A program made the position numbers and the translations under genes. The notes under the pieces were generated by a model. That model was given only the letters and a program-made list of their open reading frames with translations, had not been told where the DNA came from and ran no database searches. A stretch of DNA of 64,000 nucleotides from Nitrospirota bacterium (GTDB lineage Bacteria; Nitrospirota; UBA9217): contig OY760142.1 of NCBI GenBank assembly GCA_963663225.1, positions 2,112,001-2,176,000 on the forward strand, read 5' to 3'. Position 1 is the first letter of the stretch, and each line of letters starts with the position of its first letter. Below are positions 20,591 through 31,222 of this stretch, one piece after another.

Positions 20591-22717
20591 TTAAAATTTG
20601 TACGCTGCGGAAAGAAACACAACGTTTGCATGATAGTTTGGATTTGCATATGCGCCTGTTAGAAATGCGCCATTGGTGCCGGTTGTTGCCGGTACGTTTA
20701 CATAGCCATCCCAGGAAGCATCGTTATACGTATAACTTTCATAAGCATATCCCAAAACCATGGTCAGCGGCTTCCAGGGAGTATATTTTAATTTTACCAT
20801 GATAGATCTCAGCGTATAGTCATCCCAAGCGCCCAGATCTATGTTGTCGTTTGTGCGCGTCCCGGCGGGTGTGCCTGCCGCAAGCGCTGCAGCATTCAAA
20901 TAGGTCAGGTCAACACTTCCATTGGATTTTGTATTATTGTATTGGACCTGCAGGGTGAGCTTTTTAGGCACGAGAAGAACCTCGGCGCTCACCCCGTACG
21001 AAAAAGTCCCGTCCTTGATTCTCGCGTCCCAGTTGTAATTGTTGGCATCCTGTGTCGCTCCGTTGGGGTCCGCTCCTGCCGCAGCTGCAAACCTTCTCTG
21101 AAATTGATAGGACCTGGTGTTTTCGTAGTCAACATAGGCATTCACTTGAATAATGGCGCCTATGGTATAGCCGGCATCCACATTTGCCACATGACTAGTG
21201 CGTCTTCTGAGACCCAGCATCGTGTCTTGATAGGCCGCAAACTTATACTTATACCCGAGATTTATATCGAGTTTGTCCAGAGGATAGATATCAAGAGAGG
21301 CTTTGTATATATCTCTGGACTGCTCCGTTGCATCGAATCTGCTGATAAATGCCGCAATGGCGTTTTCCGTGGTTTGATCAGCAGCATACATTTTATTGAG
21401 TATCCCGTGATCGGCATTTCGCTCGAGATGTTCATAGCCGACTTTGGGGATTATCAGGTCTGACCCCCGCCATTTGAGTTCGGTCGTATAGCAATTGTCT
21501 CTTGTCTCCGGAATATCTCCACGCATTCGGTCGGTTATAACGTAACGATAGGCTGTTTGCAGATGGAACTGCGAGGGGAGCTTTATTCCCAAATTGATAC
21601 CGGCGGTGTTTTTGTGATAGCTAAACAGCTGGTTTGTGAACGGAAGGCCTCCTGCGAACCCGGGGTCCGTTGTTGTTATCTGGTCTGATGCATTGTGCCG
21701 CTCATAGTACTTGTAATAAATATTTGCTGTAAGAAAAGATACCGGGTTCGAGGTCAGCATAGCCTGGTAATTCTGGGTATCTACCTGACCGTGGAACAGC
21801 GCGCTGCTCAGGGTAATTGCCTGTACGGCGGTAGATACGTATGAAGAAAAAAGATCCGCCTCTGATGTAGCTCTGGATATGGCAAAATTTACATTCAGTT
21901 TGCTGTTGAACGGTAATTGGGCACCTCCCCGGAAGGCGATTTTGTAATATTGGTTGCCTGGCGGGAGATTCATGGCATCACCGTTTGGTTGCGGCCCGAC
22001 AGGATTGTTGAAAAATAATACATGATTTGCATTGTCAAATGTGCTGTATTCGCCGCTCAAGGATGCAAAAAAAGGCTTGGTTGCATATCCGATTTCCGCG
22101 CGAACCATGTCCGTTGTATAATCCACGGGCTGGGGGAGCTCAATGGCAATTCCGCCTGGAGTCGTACCGGCGGCTGAGGTGGGTATTGTGCCGGTCCTTT
22201 CCTCACGAGAGGCTGAAATACTGAAATAGAACGGTTTTGGTAATTGGATGGTAAGGCCGCCTTCACTGGTTTTTCTCTTAATACGGTAGTCAAAGTGCGT
22301 CCATCCGGATGTGTCAGCTGTTGGCAAAGCTGAGAATGTCAGGTTGTTGCCTCCTACACCGGTATAAAAAGTTTTTGCATCGAAGGTGAAATTGTGGGGG
22401 ATTTCATCATAATCCATGTAAAATTTGAATTTTCCGTACATACCGCCATCAATCCGGTAGTGCTGTGTGTTATAGCCGATATCTGAAGCCGTACCTTGTA
22501 AAAAGAAGTCATCAGAATCAAACTTCAGACGGAAGCCCCCGTACAGGTCGTTTTTTCTGATGTCGCGGTACTCATTGAACTTCGCCTTGTCCCCGGATTC
22601 GTTTGCAACGACGCCGGTGGCATTCATTTCTCCTTCAAATGTGCCGTCTGCTGCTAAAGCGGGGAAGGCCTGCAGAAAGATCATCCCCAACGTCAAAAGA
22701 ATTCGTTTTGACTTCAT
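20591..22717 (-). CDS. mtrB: MtrB/PioB-family decaheme-associated outer-membrane beta-barrel
   Basis: 708 aa, signal peptide, AKFNEYRD, ELPQPVDY, C-terminal YKF; directly downstream of a decaheme cytochrome. Confidence 0.85.
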   Translation of the reverse strand: MKSKRILLTLGMIFLQAFPALAADGTFEGEMNATGVVANESGDKAKFNEYRDIRKNDLYGGFRLKFDSDDFFLQGTASDIGYNTQHYRIDGGMYGKFKFYMDYDEIPHNFTFDAKTFYTGVGGNNLTFSALPTADTSGWTHFDYRIKRKTSEGGLTIQLPKPFYFSISASREERTGTIPTSAAGTTPGGIAIELPQPVDYTTDMVRAEIGYATKPFFASLSGEYSTFDNANHVLFFNNPVGPQPNGDAMNLPPGNQYYKIAFRGGAQLPFNSKLNVNFAISRATSEADLFSSYVSTAVQAITLSSALFHGQVDTQNYQAMLTSNPVSFLTANIYYKYYERHNASDQITTTDPGFAGGLPFTNQLFSYHKNTAGINLGIKLPSQFHLQTAYRYVITDRMRGDIPETRDNCYTTELKWRGSDLIIPKVGYEHLERNADHGILNKMYAADQTTENAIAAFISRFDATEQSRDIYKASLDIYPLDKLDINLGYKYKFAAYQDTMLGLRRRTSHVANVDAGYTIGAIIQVNAYVDYENTRSYQFQRRFAAAAGADPNGATQDANNYNWDARIKDGTFSYGVSAEVLLVPKKLTLQVQYNNTKSNGSVDLTYLNAAALAAGTPAGTRTNDNIDLGAWDDYTLRSIMVKLKYTPWKPLTMVLGYAYESYTYNDASWDGYVNVPATTGTNGAFLTGAYANPNYHANVVFLSAAYKF

Positions 22718-22729
22718 GGCGCGTTCCCC

Positions 22730-23719
22730 CTATCTCACAAAATGCAGTCCCCGTGCAGAAGGACCATTGCTGCCGTGGATCGTCGAATGACAGTTCAGGC
22801 AGCTTCGTGCAATCAGCCTGTTTTTTCCGCTGGTTGCCGCTCCGGAAAATGTTTCAAATGACGTGTACGGCGTACTCGGGTGCTGGGTCCACTCATGGCA
22901 ACTCTGGCAGAGCTGAGGCGTTCTGGATGTCAGCAGTTTTGAATGGTTGCTGCCGTGAGGCGTATGACAATTCAGGCAGTTCTCCTCCACGGGCGGATGC
23001 TCCCACATAAAGGGGCCTCTTTTTTCCGCATGACACTTGTAGCAAAGTTCATTTACAGAATCAGCCTTTACCATTTTTTCACCGAAGTCTCCATGCGTAT
23101 TGTGACAACTCGAGCACATAATTTTGCCTTCTTTGATAGGATGATGCGATTGTCTGAACGATTGTGCCCTAACGTCTTTATGGCATTCGAAGCACAGAGT
23201 TGCCTGGTCAGCTTTGAGGTATTTCGGATTGCGTCCGTGTACCGTATGACAATCATTGCATGGCACATTTTCATTTTTGTGCCTGCTCATATTCCAGGAC
23301 GCCAGGTTTTTTGTCTCTTCATGGCAGGACAGGCATTTAGCAGATTTTGCCTGCGGGTCCGTTTTCCTGCCGAAGTCGAATATATCCACTCCGCGTCCGC
23401 CGCCTTTTTCCACATGTTTTGCACCAGGGCCATGGCAGGTTTCGCAGGCTTCCTTGTACTCCGGCCCCTGTACATCTTTCTTTGCGTGGATTGTTCTGGC
23501 GTAACTTGCATACTGGTTTTCATGACATCCCTTGCAGGTTGCAGCTCCAATGTATTCTTTCTGATTGTCCGCTATTGCGGTTTTAGGGGCAGCAGCACCG
23601 GTTTGAGCAAGAATAACGGCAGAGGCGGCAGATACCGTCATGGTATTACTGAGTGCCAGGCTAAGCGAGAGCAACAATCCAGAAAAAAACAAGAACAGAA
23701 AAATACGTTTGTCCCCCAT
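22730..23719 (-). CDS. mtrA: DmsE/MtrA/PioA-family periplasmic decaheme c-type cytochrome
   Basis: Ten CxxCH motifs counted; CYKCHAEKRGPF.WEHPPV.ENCLNCH.PHGS and IHGSN signatures. Confidence 0.93.
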   Translation of the reverse strand: MGDKRIFLFLFFSGLLLSLSLALSNTMTVSAASAVILAQTGAAAPKTAIADNQKEYIGAATCKGCHENQYASYARTIHAKKDVQGPEYKEACETCHGPGAKHVEKGGGRGVDIFDFGRKTDPQAKSAKCLSCHEETKNLASWNMSRHKNENVPCNDCHTVHGRNPKYLKADQATLCFECHKDVRAQSFRQSHHPIKEGKIMCSSCHNTHGDFGEKMVKADSVNELCYKCHAEKRGPFMWEHPPVEENCLNCHTPHGSNHSKLLTSRTPQLCQSCHEWTQHPSTPYTSFETFSGAATSGKNRLIARSCLNCHSTIHGSNGPSARGLHFVR

Positions 23720-23764
23720 GGAATGCCTCCTCAGGAACGTAATCAAAAATAAAAAGTCGTCTTC

Positions 23765-24592
23765 TTACTGTTTTACCATGACCAGGCGAAAGCCGAGCGC
23801 TGGATGACCGAATGCGGGGCTGAGCCCTACACGATGAGAGCTCCGTACTCCGAGAGGTCCGTTGCTCCAGCCACCGCCGCGCATTACCCGGTATTCACCG
23901 GATCCTTCATACACGGGATTGTTTTTGGAAAGCCTCGTGTATGCTCCGCTGTTGTAAACATCTTCACACCATTCCCATACATTGCCGAGCATGTCGTAAA
24001 TGCCGTAGCCGTTCGGTTTAAAGCTGCCTACAGGGGCCGAGACGGCGTAGCCGTCATCGCAAACGTGGACGGTCCACCGGGGCCAGCGTTTTTTTGCCGT
24101 CAGGTCCGCTACATTCGCGAATGCGCAGGCATCATCGGAGTTATTGCCCCAGAACCTGCTGGTCTTCGTGCCTGCCCGTGCAGCATATTCCCATTCAGCT
24201 TCCGTAGGAAGCCGGTATGCAAGACCTGTTTTTTTCGACAGCCATTTTGCAAAAACAACAGCATCTTCCCAGGAGACATTAACAACAGGCTGCTGCTCTC
24301 CGTTCAGTGTCAAATTCTCGTATTTTCCGCTGTTGTGTTCCGGCTTGAATTTCTTGAATTGAGCGTTGGTAATTTCATATCTCCCGATATAAAAATCACC
24401 AACGCATGTTTCATGGGTCGGTTTTTCATTTGCGTCGCCCTCTCCGGATATATCGCCCATTTCAAAACATCCCCCTTTGATAAATACCATATCTATATCC
24501 GACTGATTTGTTTCTGGGTGGGCCGTTGAAATAAGAAAGAAGTTTATGCTGAGAGGAATTGAAAGGATGAGCCATTTCCAATGGATGGACAT
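23765..24592 (-). CDS. Exported FGE-sulfatase (SUMF1) domain protein
   Basis: GG.FEMGD, YEITNAQF, PVVNVSW.DA, RLPTEAEWEYAAR, DMLGNVWEW, GFRLV. Confidence 0.9.
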   Translation of the reverse strand: MSIHWKWLILSIPLSINFFLISTAHPETNQSDIDMVFIKGGCFEMGDISGEGDANEKPTHETCVGDFYIGRYEITNAQFKKFKPEHNSGKYENLTLNGEQQPVVNVSWEDAVVFAKWLSKKTGLAYRLPTEAEWEYAARAGTKTSRFWGNNSDDACAFANVADLTAKKRWPRWTVHVCDDGYAVSAPVGSFKPNGYGIYDMLGNVWEWCEDVYNSGAYTRLSKNNPVYEGSGEYRVMRGGGWSNGPLGVRSSHRVGLSPAFGHPALGFRLVMVKQ

Positions 24593-24997
24593 GTCTAGCC
24601 TCCTTATTCGGTAAATACTTTTCCGGCAGTTGCTCCTTTAGTATGCGAAAAGCCCTGGAGATTTATACCTGAGCCTCTTATTGAAGAAAAGATTGATTCG
24701 TGTCGTGATTAAACTGCAGCAATTGCTGTAATTTCTAATTAGTATATCAAAAAAAGAATTTTTTTAACGTCAAGTACCGCAAAAAAGTAACTTATGCTCA
24801 GCGAGCATTGTTTCTGCACTTTATAAGGAATTCTCTTCGTTGAGAATATGATAGTGAGGAAGAAAGTTGCGGAGGATGTTAACTGCAGTTTTACGACAGG
24901 TACAGCAGCTTTGTCGATTCTGGTCCGGTTATAAGTTCAGGTCTCTGGGTTTTTAAACTTTTTTATTTGGAAGAGATGTGACAAAAAATTAACCGAG

Positions 24998-25543
24998 CTA
25001 CTCTCTCTGAAGAACAATCGGAAGTTGTGCTTTATCGTGCAAGGCATCCAGCGCCCGGTTTCCGAACAACTCCACGCCCAGGTCTTCCTTTCCAACCATT
25101 TCCTCGATATCAATTCTGATGACTTCCGTGAGCTGCAGTTTGTCTTCAGGAAACTCTGCGCAGAAACCATCCGACTGGTATTTTTGCATGAGTTGCGTGA
25201 GCGCGTATATCCTCTCAGATTCGTCATGAACGATATGTGCTTTGCCTCTGATGATCACGCTTTGGTAAAGGTAGTGGGCCTTGCAGGGGCTCCCGTTGCT
25301 CCTGACGAGCGCGATGGGCAGATCCACCTCGAAACATACGTGATTATTTCGATTGATGTCATCTATTTTTTCTCCGGCGCGGGCGCTGTGGAAGAAGATT
25401 TTTTCATCCTGATACGCGAAGTTAAGCGGCTTTATCCTAGGATAACCGTCTCTACCTGTGGTCCCTAATCTGCCGACAGGGCAGGTATTCAGCAAGGCAA
25501 TCATGGTTTCCTTTGTTTTGATTTCCTTTTTCGCCTGTCTCAA
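24998..25543 (-). CDS. Pyridoxamine 5'-phosphate oxidase-like FMN-binding protein (NimA family)
   Basis: GRLG, FHSA..GEK, VCFEVD, YQSVIIRG; TTG start with AGGAGG. Confidence 0.82.
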   Translation of the reverse strand: MRQAKKEIKTKETMIALLNTCPVGRLGTTGRDGYPRIKPLNFAYQDEKIFFHSARAGEKIDDINRNNHVCFEVDLPIALVRSNGSPCKAHYLYQSVIIRGKAHIVHDESERIYALTQLMQKYQSDGFCAEFPEDKLQLTEVIRIDIEEMVGKEDLGVELFGNRALDALHDKAQLPIVLQRE

Positions 25544-25807
25544 TGATTACCTCCTTCACAGAAAAACCATGGTCTGTCCTGCGTAATCCAGCAAAACTAT
25601 AGATCAGTTTACGGGACCGGTCAAGCTGATTTCGGTCCAACCCCGGATGTGCTTGGCTTTTTATTCCGTATCGAGTTGCGAATATTCCTATATCAAGAAG
25701 TGATCTGCTGAAAAATAAATGCAAATAAATCATATTCGCTCTTGCCAAAACGATGACCGGAGATTTATAATATTCCGGTTATTTGACTTTCGGGAGGGGT
25801 GTGCATC

Positions 25808-26800
25808 GTGAATGCAGTTGCTCTTATTTCCGGCGGCTTGGACAGCATTCTTGCGGCAAAGGTCGTCATGGAGCAGGGGTTTTCGGTAACCGGACTTTAT
25901 TGTACGTCGGTTTTTTCGAAAAGCTTCGGCAATGAAACTGAAACCCATGCTGTTCGCGTCTCGAAGGCAATCGGGCTTGACCTCCGCATTATTACGATGG
26001 GGCAGGATTATGTTGATCTTATTCGGAGCCCGATGCACGGGTACGGTAAAAATGTGAACCCCTGCATCGACTGCAAGATATTCATGCTGAAAAAGGCCAA
26101 GGAAGTCATGCAAGAGCTGGATGCGCCCTTTGTTATAACCGGAGAGGTTCTGGGGCAGAGGCCCATGTCCCAGCGCCGCGACGCCCTGCATATCATTGAA
26201 CGTGACGCGGACATGCGGGGCATGGTGCTCCGTCCTCTTTCCGCCACGCTTCTTCCCCCGACAAAAGCCGAACATCAGGGCATCATTAGCCGCGAAAAGC
26301 TTCTCGGAATCAGCGGCCGGTCACGGAGCGTGCAACTCCAGCTTGCCGAACGATATGGAATCCGGGGGTTTGCCACGCCTGCCGGCGGGTGTCTTCTCAC
26401 CGACAAAAATTTTTCCGACAAATTGCGCGATCTTTTCGCCGACAAACAGGAGGTCGCCGAAAGCGATATCCGTCTGCTGACCGTGGGGCGCCACTATCGC
26501 ATGGACACGGGTGTAAAGATCGTCCTCGGCCGGGACAACAACGAAAATAATCTGCTGATGTCGCTTGCCCCGAATGGTTATCATCTCTTTACTCCGCACG
26601 GTTTCCCCGGGCCCGTGGCCTTGCTGAGCGGCGAACCATCTCAGGATTTAAAGCAGACAGTAGGGCGGCTTATTATTACATACAGTAAGCACATTCCCGG
26701 GCGCACCTATAACATCCAGTACGGCAATGAGATCTTCAACCCTGGAGAACCGCTGCCGATCAATGATACCCGGCTTCGGCGGCTCGGCACGGACGCTTAA
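25808..26800 (+). CDS. PP-loop tRNA thiolation enzyme (ThiI/MnmA-like)
   Basis: SGGLDS PP-loop, NPCIDC, TGEVLGQRPMSQ, PAGGCLLT. Confidence 0.8.
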   Translation: MNAVALISGGLDSILAAKVVMEQGFSVTGLYCTSVFSKSFGNETETHAVRVSKAIGLDLRIITMGQDYVDLIRSPMHGYGKNVNPCIDCKIFMLKKAKEVMQELDAPFVITGEVLGQRPMSQRRDALHIIERDADMRGMVLRPLSATLLPPTKAEHQGIISREKLLGISGRSRSVQLQLAERYGIRGFATPAGGCLLTDKNFSDKLRDLFADKQEVAESDIRLLTVGRHYRMDTGVKIVLGRDNNENNLLMSLAPNGYHLFTPHGFPGPVALLSGEPSQDLKQTVGRLIITYSKHIPGRTYNIQYGNEIFNPGEPLPINDTRLRRLGTDA

Positions 26801-26945
26801 AAATCACCCAGTGCAGTGAAAACCCCGCTCTCCGTCCATCCCGGCACATACCTTTTCCATAGTCCTTATAATACCTGAGAACCGTGATACAATAATAATT
26901 ATCGAACGTTCCGTCTTGCATTCTATCTTCTTCAACGAGGCCCGT

Positions 26946-28031
26946 ATGCCGCAGATTGGCATCAAGGCAGTGGAGAAATATTTAGAATCCTATTATGCAA
27001 AATCCGTGCATCTGCTTTCCATGACGGCAAAAGGAGGGCAGGCAACTCCGGGTGATCTCAAAACATTCGGATATGGTTTTCCGCTCTTTCTGGAATATGA
27101 AGTGTCCGGCGAACGAAAAAAAGCCGTACTCGAAACCATGGAACCATCGTCATACGGACACGATCATTTCTCGGACAGGGCCCAGTCCATTCTGTGGGAG
27201 CACTCCGCGTTTAACAACCTTCCCCGCCACGTCCGGTCTCTTGACTGCGGCGCATTTCTGCCTTCCGGAGAAATCATCTCCACAGGCCGCGCCCAGGAGT
27301 TTTTTCTCCTCACCGAATTCGCCGAAGGAGAGATATATTGTAAGGATCTCGACCGCATCGGACGCACAAATATCGCCTCAGAGCAGGACTGCAAAAGAGT
27401 GCTTGCGCTTTCGGATTACCTCGCGGAAATTCATAGCCTAAAAAACGGCACTCCCGGGCTTTACACGAGACGCATACGGGAACTTCTGGGGCACGGAGAG
27501 TGCATCATGGGCCTGATCGATAACTATCCGCAAATGTTTGAATTCATTGATCAATCGCTTCTTCGTACGGTCGAACTGGCCTGCGTGGACTGGCGCTGGC
27601 GCATCAAACATCGTACCCATCGCCTTAGCCGCGTTCATGGAGATTTCCATCCCTGGAACATTCTGTTCAGGGAAGATGTGGATTTTACGGTCCTCGACCG
27701 TTCCCGCGGAGAATGGGGCGACCCCGCGGACGACGTGACGAGCCTCTCCATTAATTATCTTTTTTCCTCACTGGTACGTTCAGGAACGTTCGAAGGTCCC
27801 TTGAGAAAAATGTTTGATCTTTTCTGGAAGAACTATCTTGATAAATCACAAGACCATGAGATATGCGAGGTCGTCGCTCCGTTTTATGCCTGGCGCGGAT
27901 TGGTGATTGCGAGTCCCGGCTGGTATCCACATCTTCCGGACGGCGTGCGCAGGTTTCTTTTTAATTTTATAAGGAATGTACTCACGTCTGATCGCTTTGA
28001 TCCTCAGGACATGGACAGGTACCTTGTATGA
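26946..28031 (+). CDS. Aminoglycoside-phosphotransferase (APH/choline kinase) family protein
   Basis: VHGDFHPWNILF Brenner motif, LDRS..EWGDPADD. Confidence 0.8.
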   Translation: MPQIGIKAVEKYLESYYAKSVHLLSMTAKGGQATPGDLKTFGYGFPLFLEYEVSGERKKAVLETMEPSSYGHDHFSDRAQSILWEHSAFNNLPRHVRSLDCGAFLPSGEIISTGRAQEFFLLTEFAEGEIYCKDLDRIGRTNIASEQDCKRVLALSDYLAEIHSLKNGTPGLYTRRIRELLGHGECIMGLIDNYPQMFEFIDQSLLRTVELACVDWRWRIKHRTHRLSRVHGDFHPWNILFREDVDFTVLDRSRGEWGDPADDVTSLSINYLFSSLVRSGTFEGPLRKMFDLFWKNYLDKSQDHEICEVVAPFYAWRGLVIASPGWYPHLPDGVRRFLFNFIRNVLTSDRFDPQDMDRYLV

Positions 28032-28555
28032 ACGCTGTGCCGGCTTTCGCAGTATGGATAACAGGCCTCCCCGCGTCAGGAAAAACCTCGATAACCCGGG
28101 AAGTCATGAAGGAGCTGGAAAGGTCAGGGATTCATGCAGTCGTGCTTGAGTCGGATGAGATGAGACGCATCCTTACGCCTGAGCCGACCTACCGTGAAGA
28201 GGAGCGCGACTGGTTCTATACCAAGCTTGCCCAGATCGGTTCCCTGATTGTCAGGCAGGGGATTCCTGTTGTGTACGACGCTACCGCGAACAAACGATTG
28301 TATCGCGATTATGCACGATCACAGATCCCGAAATTTATAGAAGTTTTTGTACGATGCCCGCTTACTGTATGCGTGGAACGGGATCCAAAAGGGATATACC
28401 GGGATGCGGCAGCTGGAAAAAACAGCGCTGTACCGGGCCTGCAAACAGCCTATGAGCAACCCGGCAGCACGGAAGTAGTGCTGGACGGACAGAGCCCACC
28501 TGAGGGAAACGCCCTTCTTGTTCTGCAGAAATTGAAAACACTGCACTACATCTGA
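28028..28555 (+). CDS. Adenylyl-sulfate kinase-like P-loop kinase
   Basis: WITGLPASGKT, RDPKGIY, VPG....YE.P; ATGA overlap with the upstream gene. Confidence 0.78.
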   Translation: MNAVPAFAVWITGLPASGKTSITREVMKELERSGIHAVVLESDEMRRILTPEPTYREEERDWFYTKLAQIGSLIVRQGIPVVYDATANKRLYRDYARSQIPKFIEVFVRCPLTVCVERDPKGIYRDAAAGKNSAVPGLQTAYEQPGSTEVVLDGQSPPEGNALLVLQKLKTLHYI

Positions 28556-28594
28556 TGCCTGAATCCGTTTCCGTTCACGATGGTATCATGGCAT

Positions 28595-28628
28595 AAAAAA
28601 AGCCGTTCCCTGTAGAGAACAGCTTTTT
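28595..28628. terminator. Bidirectional terminator between convergent genes
   Basis: AAAAAAAGCCGTTC...GAACAGCTTTTT. Confidence 0.65.
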
Positions 28629-28653
28629 CTGCTTCCGACTTTTGGCTTCTCCG

Positions 28654-30015
28654 CTATACGTATTCCCTGAGAAGCTTGCTTCTCACGGGATGACGCAGTT
28701 TTTTGAGCGCTTTAATCTCGATCTGCCTGATCCTCTCCCGGGTAAGATTGAAATATTTCCCGACTTCTTCCAGCGTGTGCTCACTGCCTACCCCGATGCC
28801 GAACCGCATTCGGATGATTTTTTCTTCCCGCTCGGTAAGCGACGAGAGGACCTCCTCAATCCTTCCTGTAACTTCCCGATTTTCAAGGACCTTGAACGGA
28901 GAAGCCGATTTTTCGTCGATGATCACATCTTTCAGCTCTTTTTCCTCGGAAAGAATCGGCGTCTCCAGTGATACCGGCTCCTGGATCGCGCGCAGAATTT
29001 CGTTTACCCGCGCAGGGGACAGCCCCATGATTTTTGATACTTCCTCGGGAGAAGGTTCCCTGCCTTTCTCGCGCATAAATTTGGTGAAAATCCTGCTGAT
29101 GCGGGTGCTTTCCTCGATCAGGTGCACCGGCAATCGGATGGTGCGCGCCTGGTCCAGGATCGCGCGGGTGATCCGCTGCCTGATCCACCATGTGGAATAG
29201 GTGCTGAATTTGGTCCCTTTTCCGGACTCGTACCGGTCGGCCGCTTTCATGAGCCCGATGTTGCCTTCCTGGATCAGATCGAGGAGCGTCAAGCCCCGGT
29301 TCACATATTTCTTTGCTATGGACACCACAAGTCTCAGGTTGGCAGTGACCAGTTCATCCTTTGCAAACTTGACTTTTATCTCCTCCTGCTCGATTTGCCG
29401 GGCCATCTCACGCACGGCAGGTTCATCAAGTCCGAGTTTCACCATTTCCGTGGTGATGCCGCGTTCCACCTGCTTGCTTATGAACACAAGCTTTTTGAGC
29501 ATTTTTTCGATTTCGCGGAAGGAGAGGCTCATTTGCTTGACCGTGGCGTAGGAGCGTTCCATATCGCGTTTCGCTACCTGCCGTTTGAGCCGGTTGTACA
29601 GACGCATGAAGTCTGCTTCATATGCATCCTTCCATTCGCCGGGGTAGCGGAGAACGTCCTGGGCCTTTACCAGTCCCTGTTTTATGTTTTCGCCGAGAGC
29701 AAGCACGCGGGGAATGGCAAGCGGAGAACTGAGCGCGATTTCCTTGAGAACTGCTTTTCCTTCCTCGAGTTGACGAACGTACTCCTGCTCTTCATCGATC
29801 TTGAGCATGGAGAACTTGCCTGCGGATTTCAGGTAGGTATCAATAAGGTCCGCGCCGGCGGCGACTTCCTCTACGGCTTCCTTGCTTTCCGCTGTCGCAG
29901 CATCCTGCTCTTCGTCTTCTTCGGCGGTTTCCTCGGTGATCTCGTCCTCAAGCACATCTTCGGGGATTCCCTCGGAAAACCCATCTTTTTCCTGTGATAA
30001 TGCGGTTTTGTTCAT
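28654..30015 (-). CDS. RpoD/SigA-family RNA polymerase sigma factor
   Basis: [61 protein letters not shown]. Confidence 0.92.
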   Translation of the reverse strand: MNKTALSQEKDGFSEGIPEDVLEDEITEETAEEDEEQDAATAESKEAVEEVAAGADLIDTYLKSAGKFSMLKIDEEQEYVRQLEEGKAVLKEIALSSPLAIPRVLALGENIKQGLVKAQDVLRYPGEWKDAYEADFMRLYNRLKRQVAKRDMERSYATVKQMSLSFREIEKMLKKLVFISKQVERGITTEMVKLGLDEPAVREMARQIEQEEIKVKFAKDELVTANLRLVVSIAKKYVNRGLTLLDLIQEGNIGLMKAADRYESGKGTKFSTYSTWWIRQRITRAILDQARTIRLPVHLIEESTRISRIFTKFMREKGREPSPEEVSKIMGLSPARVNEILRAIQEPVSLETPILSEEKELKDVIIDEKSASPFKVLENREVTGRIEEVLSSLTEREEKIIRMRFGIGVGSEHTLEEVGKYFNLTRERIRQIEIKALKKLRHPVRSKLLREYV

Positions 30016-30532
30016 TGCAATCTGCCTTTCATCTCTTCTTTTTCGATTATAGCAAAAACAAAAATTGTGTCAAACATTAACTTTCAGGCGGCGCTTGCCC
30101 TGTCTGCGATGCATAGAGTTTCCTTGAAAATAAGATGTTTCTTCATGTTTTGCAGGTACAGAAACGTACTTTCCTCCTGTGCCGTCATAACGAGGTGCGT
30201 ACAGCCCGGTTATTTTAGGTCTGCCGCAGCAGAAAGTGAGGCGGTACCTGCTTTTTCTTTTAAAAGACGATATGGGAATAACTGCTCCGCATAATCTTAT
30301 CGGCAGAGTGTCCTTTTTCCTTTATTTTTTTCTGTCATCCAGATGCAGGCATTTTACTCCACTATTTTTTCCCCGCCATGTTTTGTATAATCGGTGGAAG
30401 CGAAACAGTAAGTAAAAACAAAAAGCTGCACAAAAGCGAATTCTTTCGGCGATAGGCCAGCCGGTTCCTTGAAAAAGGACCTTACACTTGTTAAAATAAT
30501 AACAGGAGAGGTACGGCAAGGAGGTGTTCGAC

Positions 30533-31093
30533 ATGAAAAATGAAGCCTTGCTGATTATTGATATGCTGAATGATTTTGTCCGCCCAGGCGCACCGCTGGA
30601 AGTCCCGGACGCGCGCATGATGATCCCGGTGCTCAGGCGTGAAATCGACCGGGCCAGGACCGCCGGGATGCCTATCCTGTATCTGTGCGACAACCATGTC
30701 CGGAATGACAAGGAATTCACGCGATTCGGCTGGCCGGAGCATGCGGTGCAGGGTACGAGAGGCGCGGAAGTCGTCGCAGAGCTGAAGCCCGCGCCGAGCG
30801 ATATTACGATTCTGAAAGACTCTTATTCCGCTTTTTTCGGCACAAGGCTGGATGAAGTGCTGAAAAAACTGCATGTGGATTCCCTGCGGATCACGGGTTG
30901 CGTGACGAATATTTGCGTCCTGTTTACAACGGCAGACGCTGTTCAGAGAGGATATACTATTACTATTGTTGAAGATGGCGTGGCAGGGCTCGCAAAAGAA
31001 GATCACGATGCCGCGCTCCGGATCATGAAGAATGTTCTCAAAGCGGCTCTTGTGAAATCGGGGACAAATGCAGCAGATATAAAAGCCGCCTAG
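30533..31093 (+). CDS. pncA: Nicotinamidase / isochorismatase-family cysteine hydrolase
   Basis: IIDMLNDF, D.H...D.EF..W..H, K..YSAF, G..TNICV; adjacent to pncB. Confidence 0.85.
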   Translation: MKNEALLIIDMLNDFVRPGAPLEVPDARMMIPVLRREIDRARTAGMPILYLCDNHVRNDKEFTRFGWPEHAVQGTRGAEVVAELKPAPSDITILKDSYSAFFGTRLDEVLKKLHVDSLRITGCVTNICVLFTTADAVQRGYTITIVEDGVAGLAKEDHDAALRIMKNVLKAALVKSGTNAADIKAA

Positions 31094-31222
31094 GACGGTG
31101 TCCCGGGAAATTGCGTAAGGGAGAACTAGCATTATGCGTTCCGGCCGTAATGAAGACACGTGTTGCAGTCTCAGTTTTGCCGTGTTTTTTTGTGCTGCAA
31201 TGCATAGTAGGCAGGAGGTTCC

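Noticed and set aside
28028-28555. Assigning the symbol cysC
   Set aside because: Deviant LESD motif and no sulfate-activation context
28642-29997. Long antisense ORFs over the sigma factor (and similar ones over typA, pncAB, glcD, GH57)
   Set aside because: Shadow frames of well-conserved genes with no motifs or RBS
31094-31222. NAD-related riboswitch between pncA and pncB
   Set aside because: No recognisable conserved motif or convincing structure
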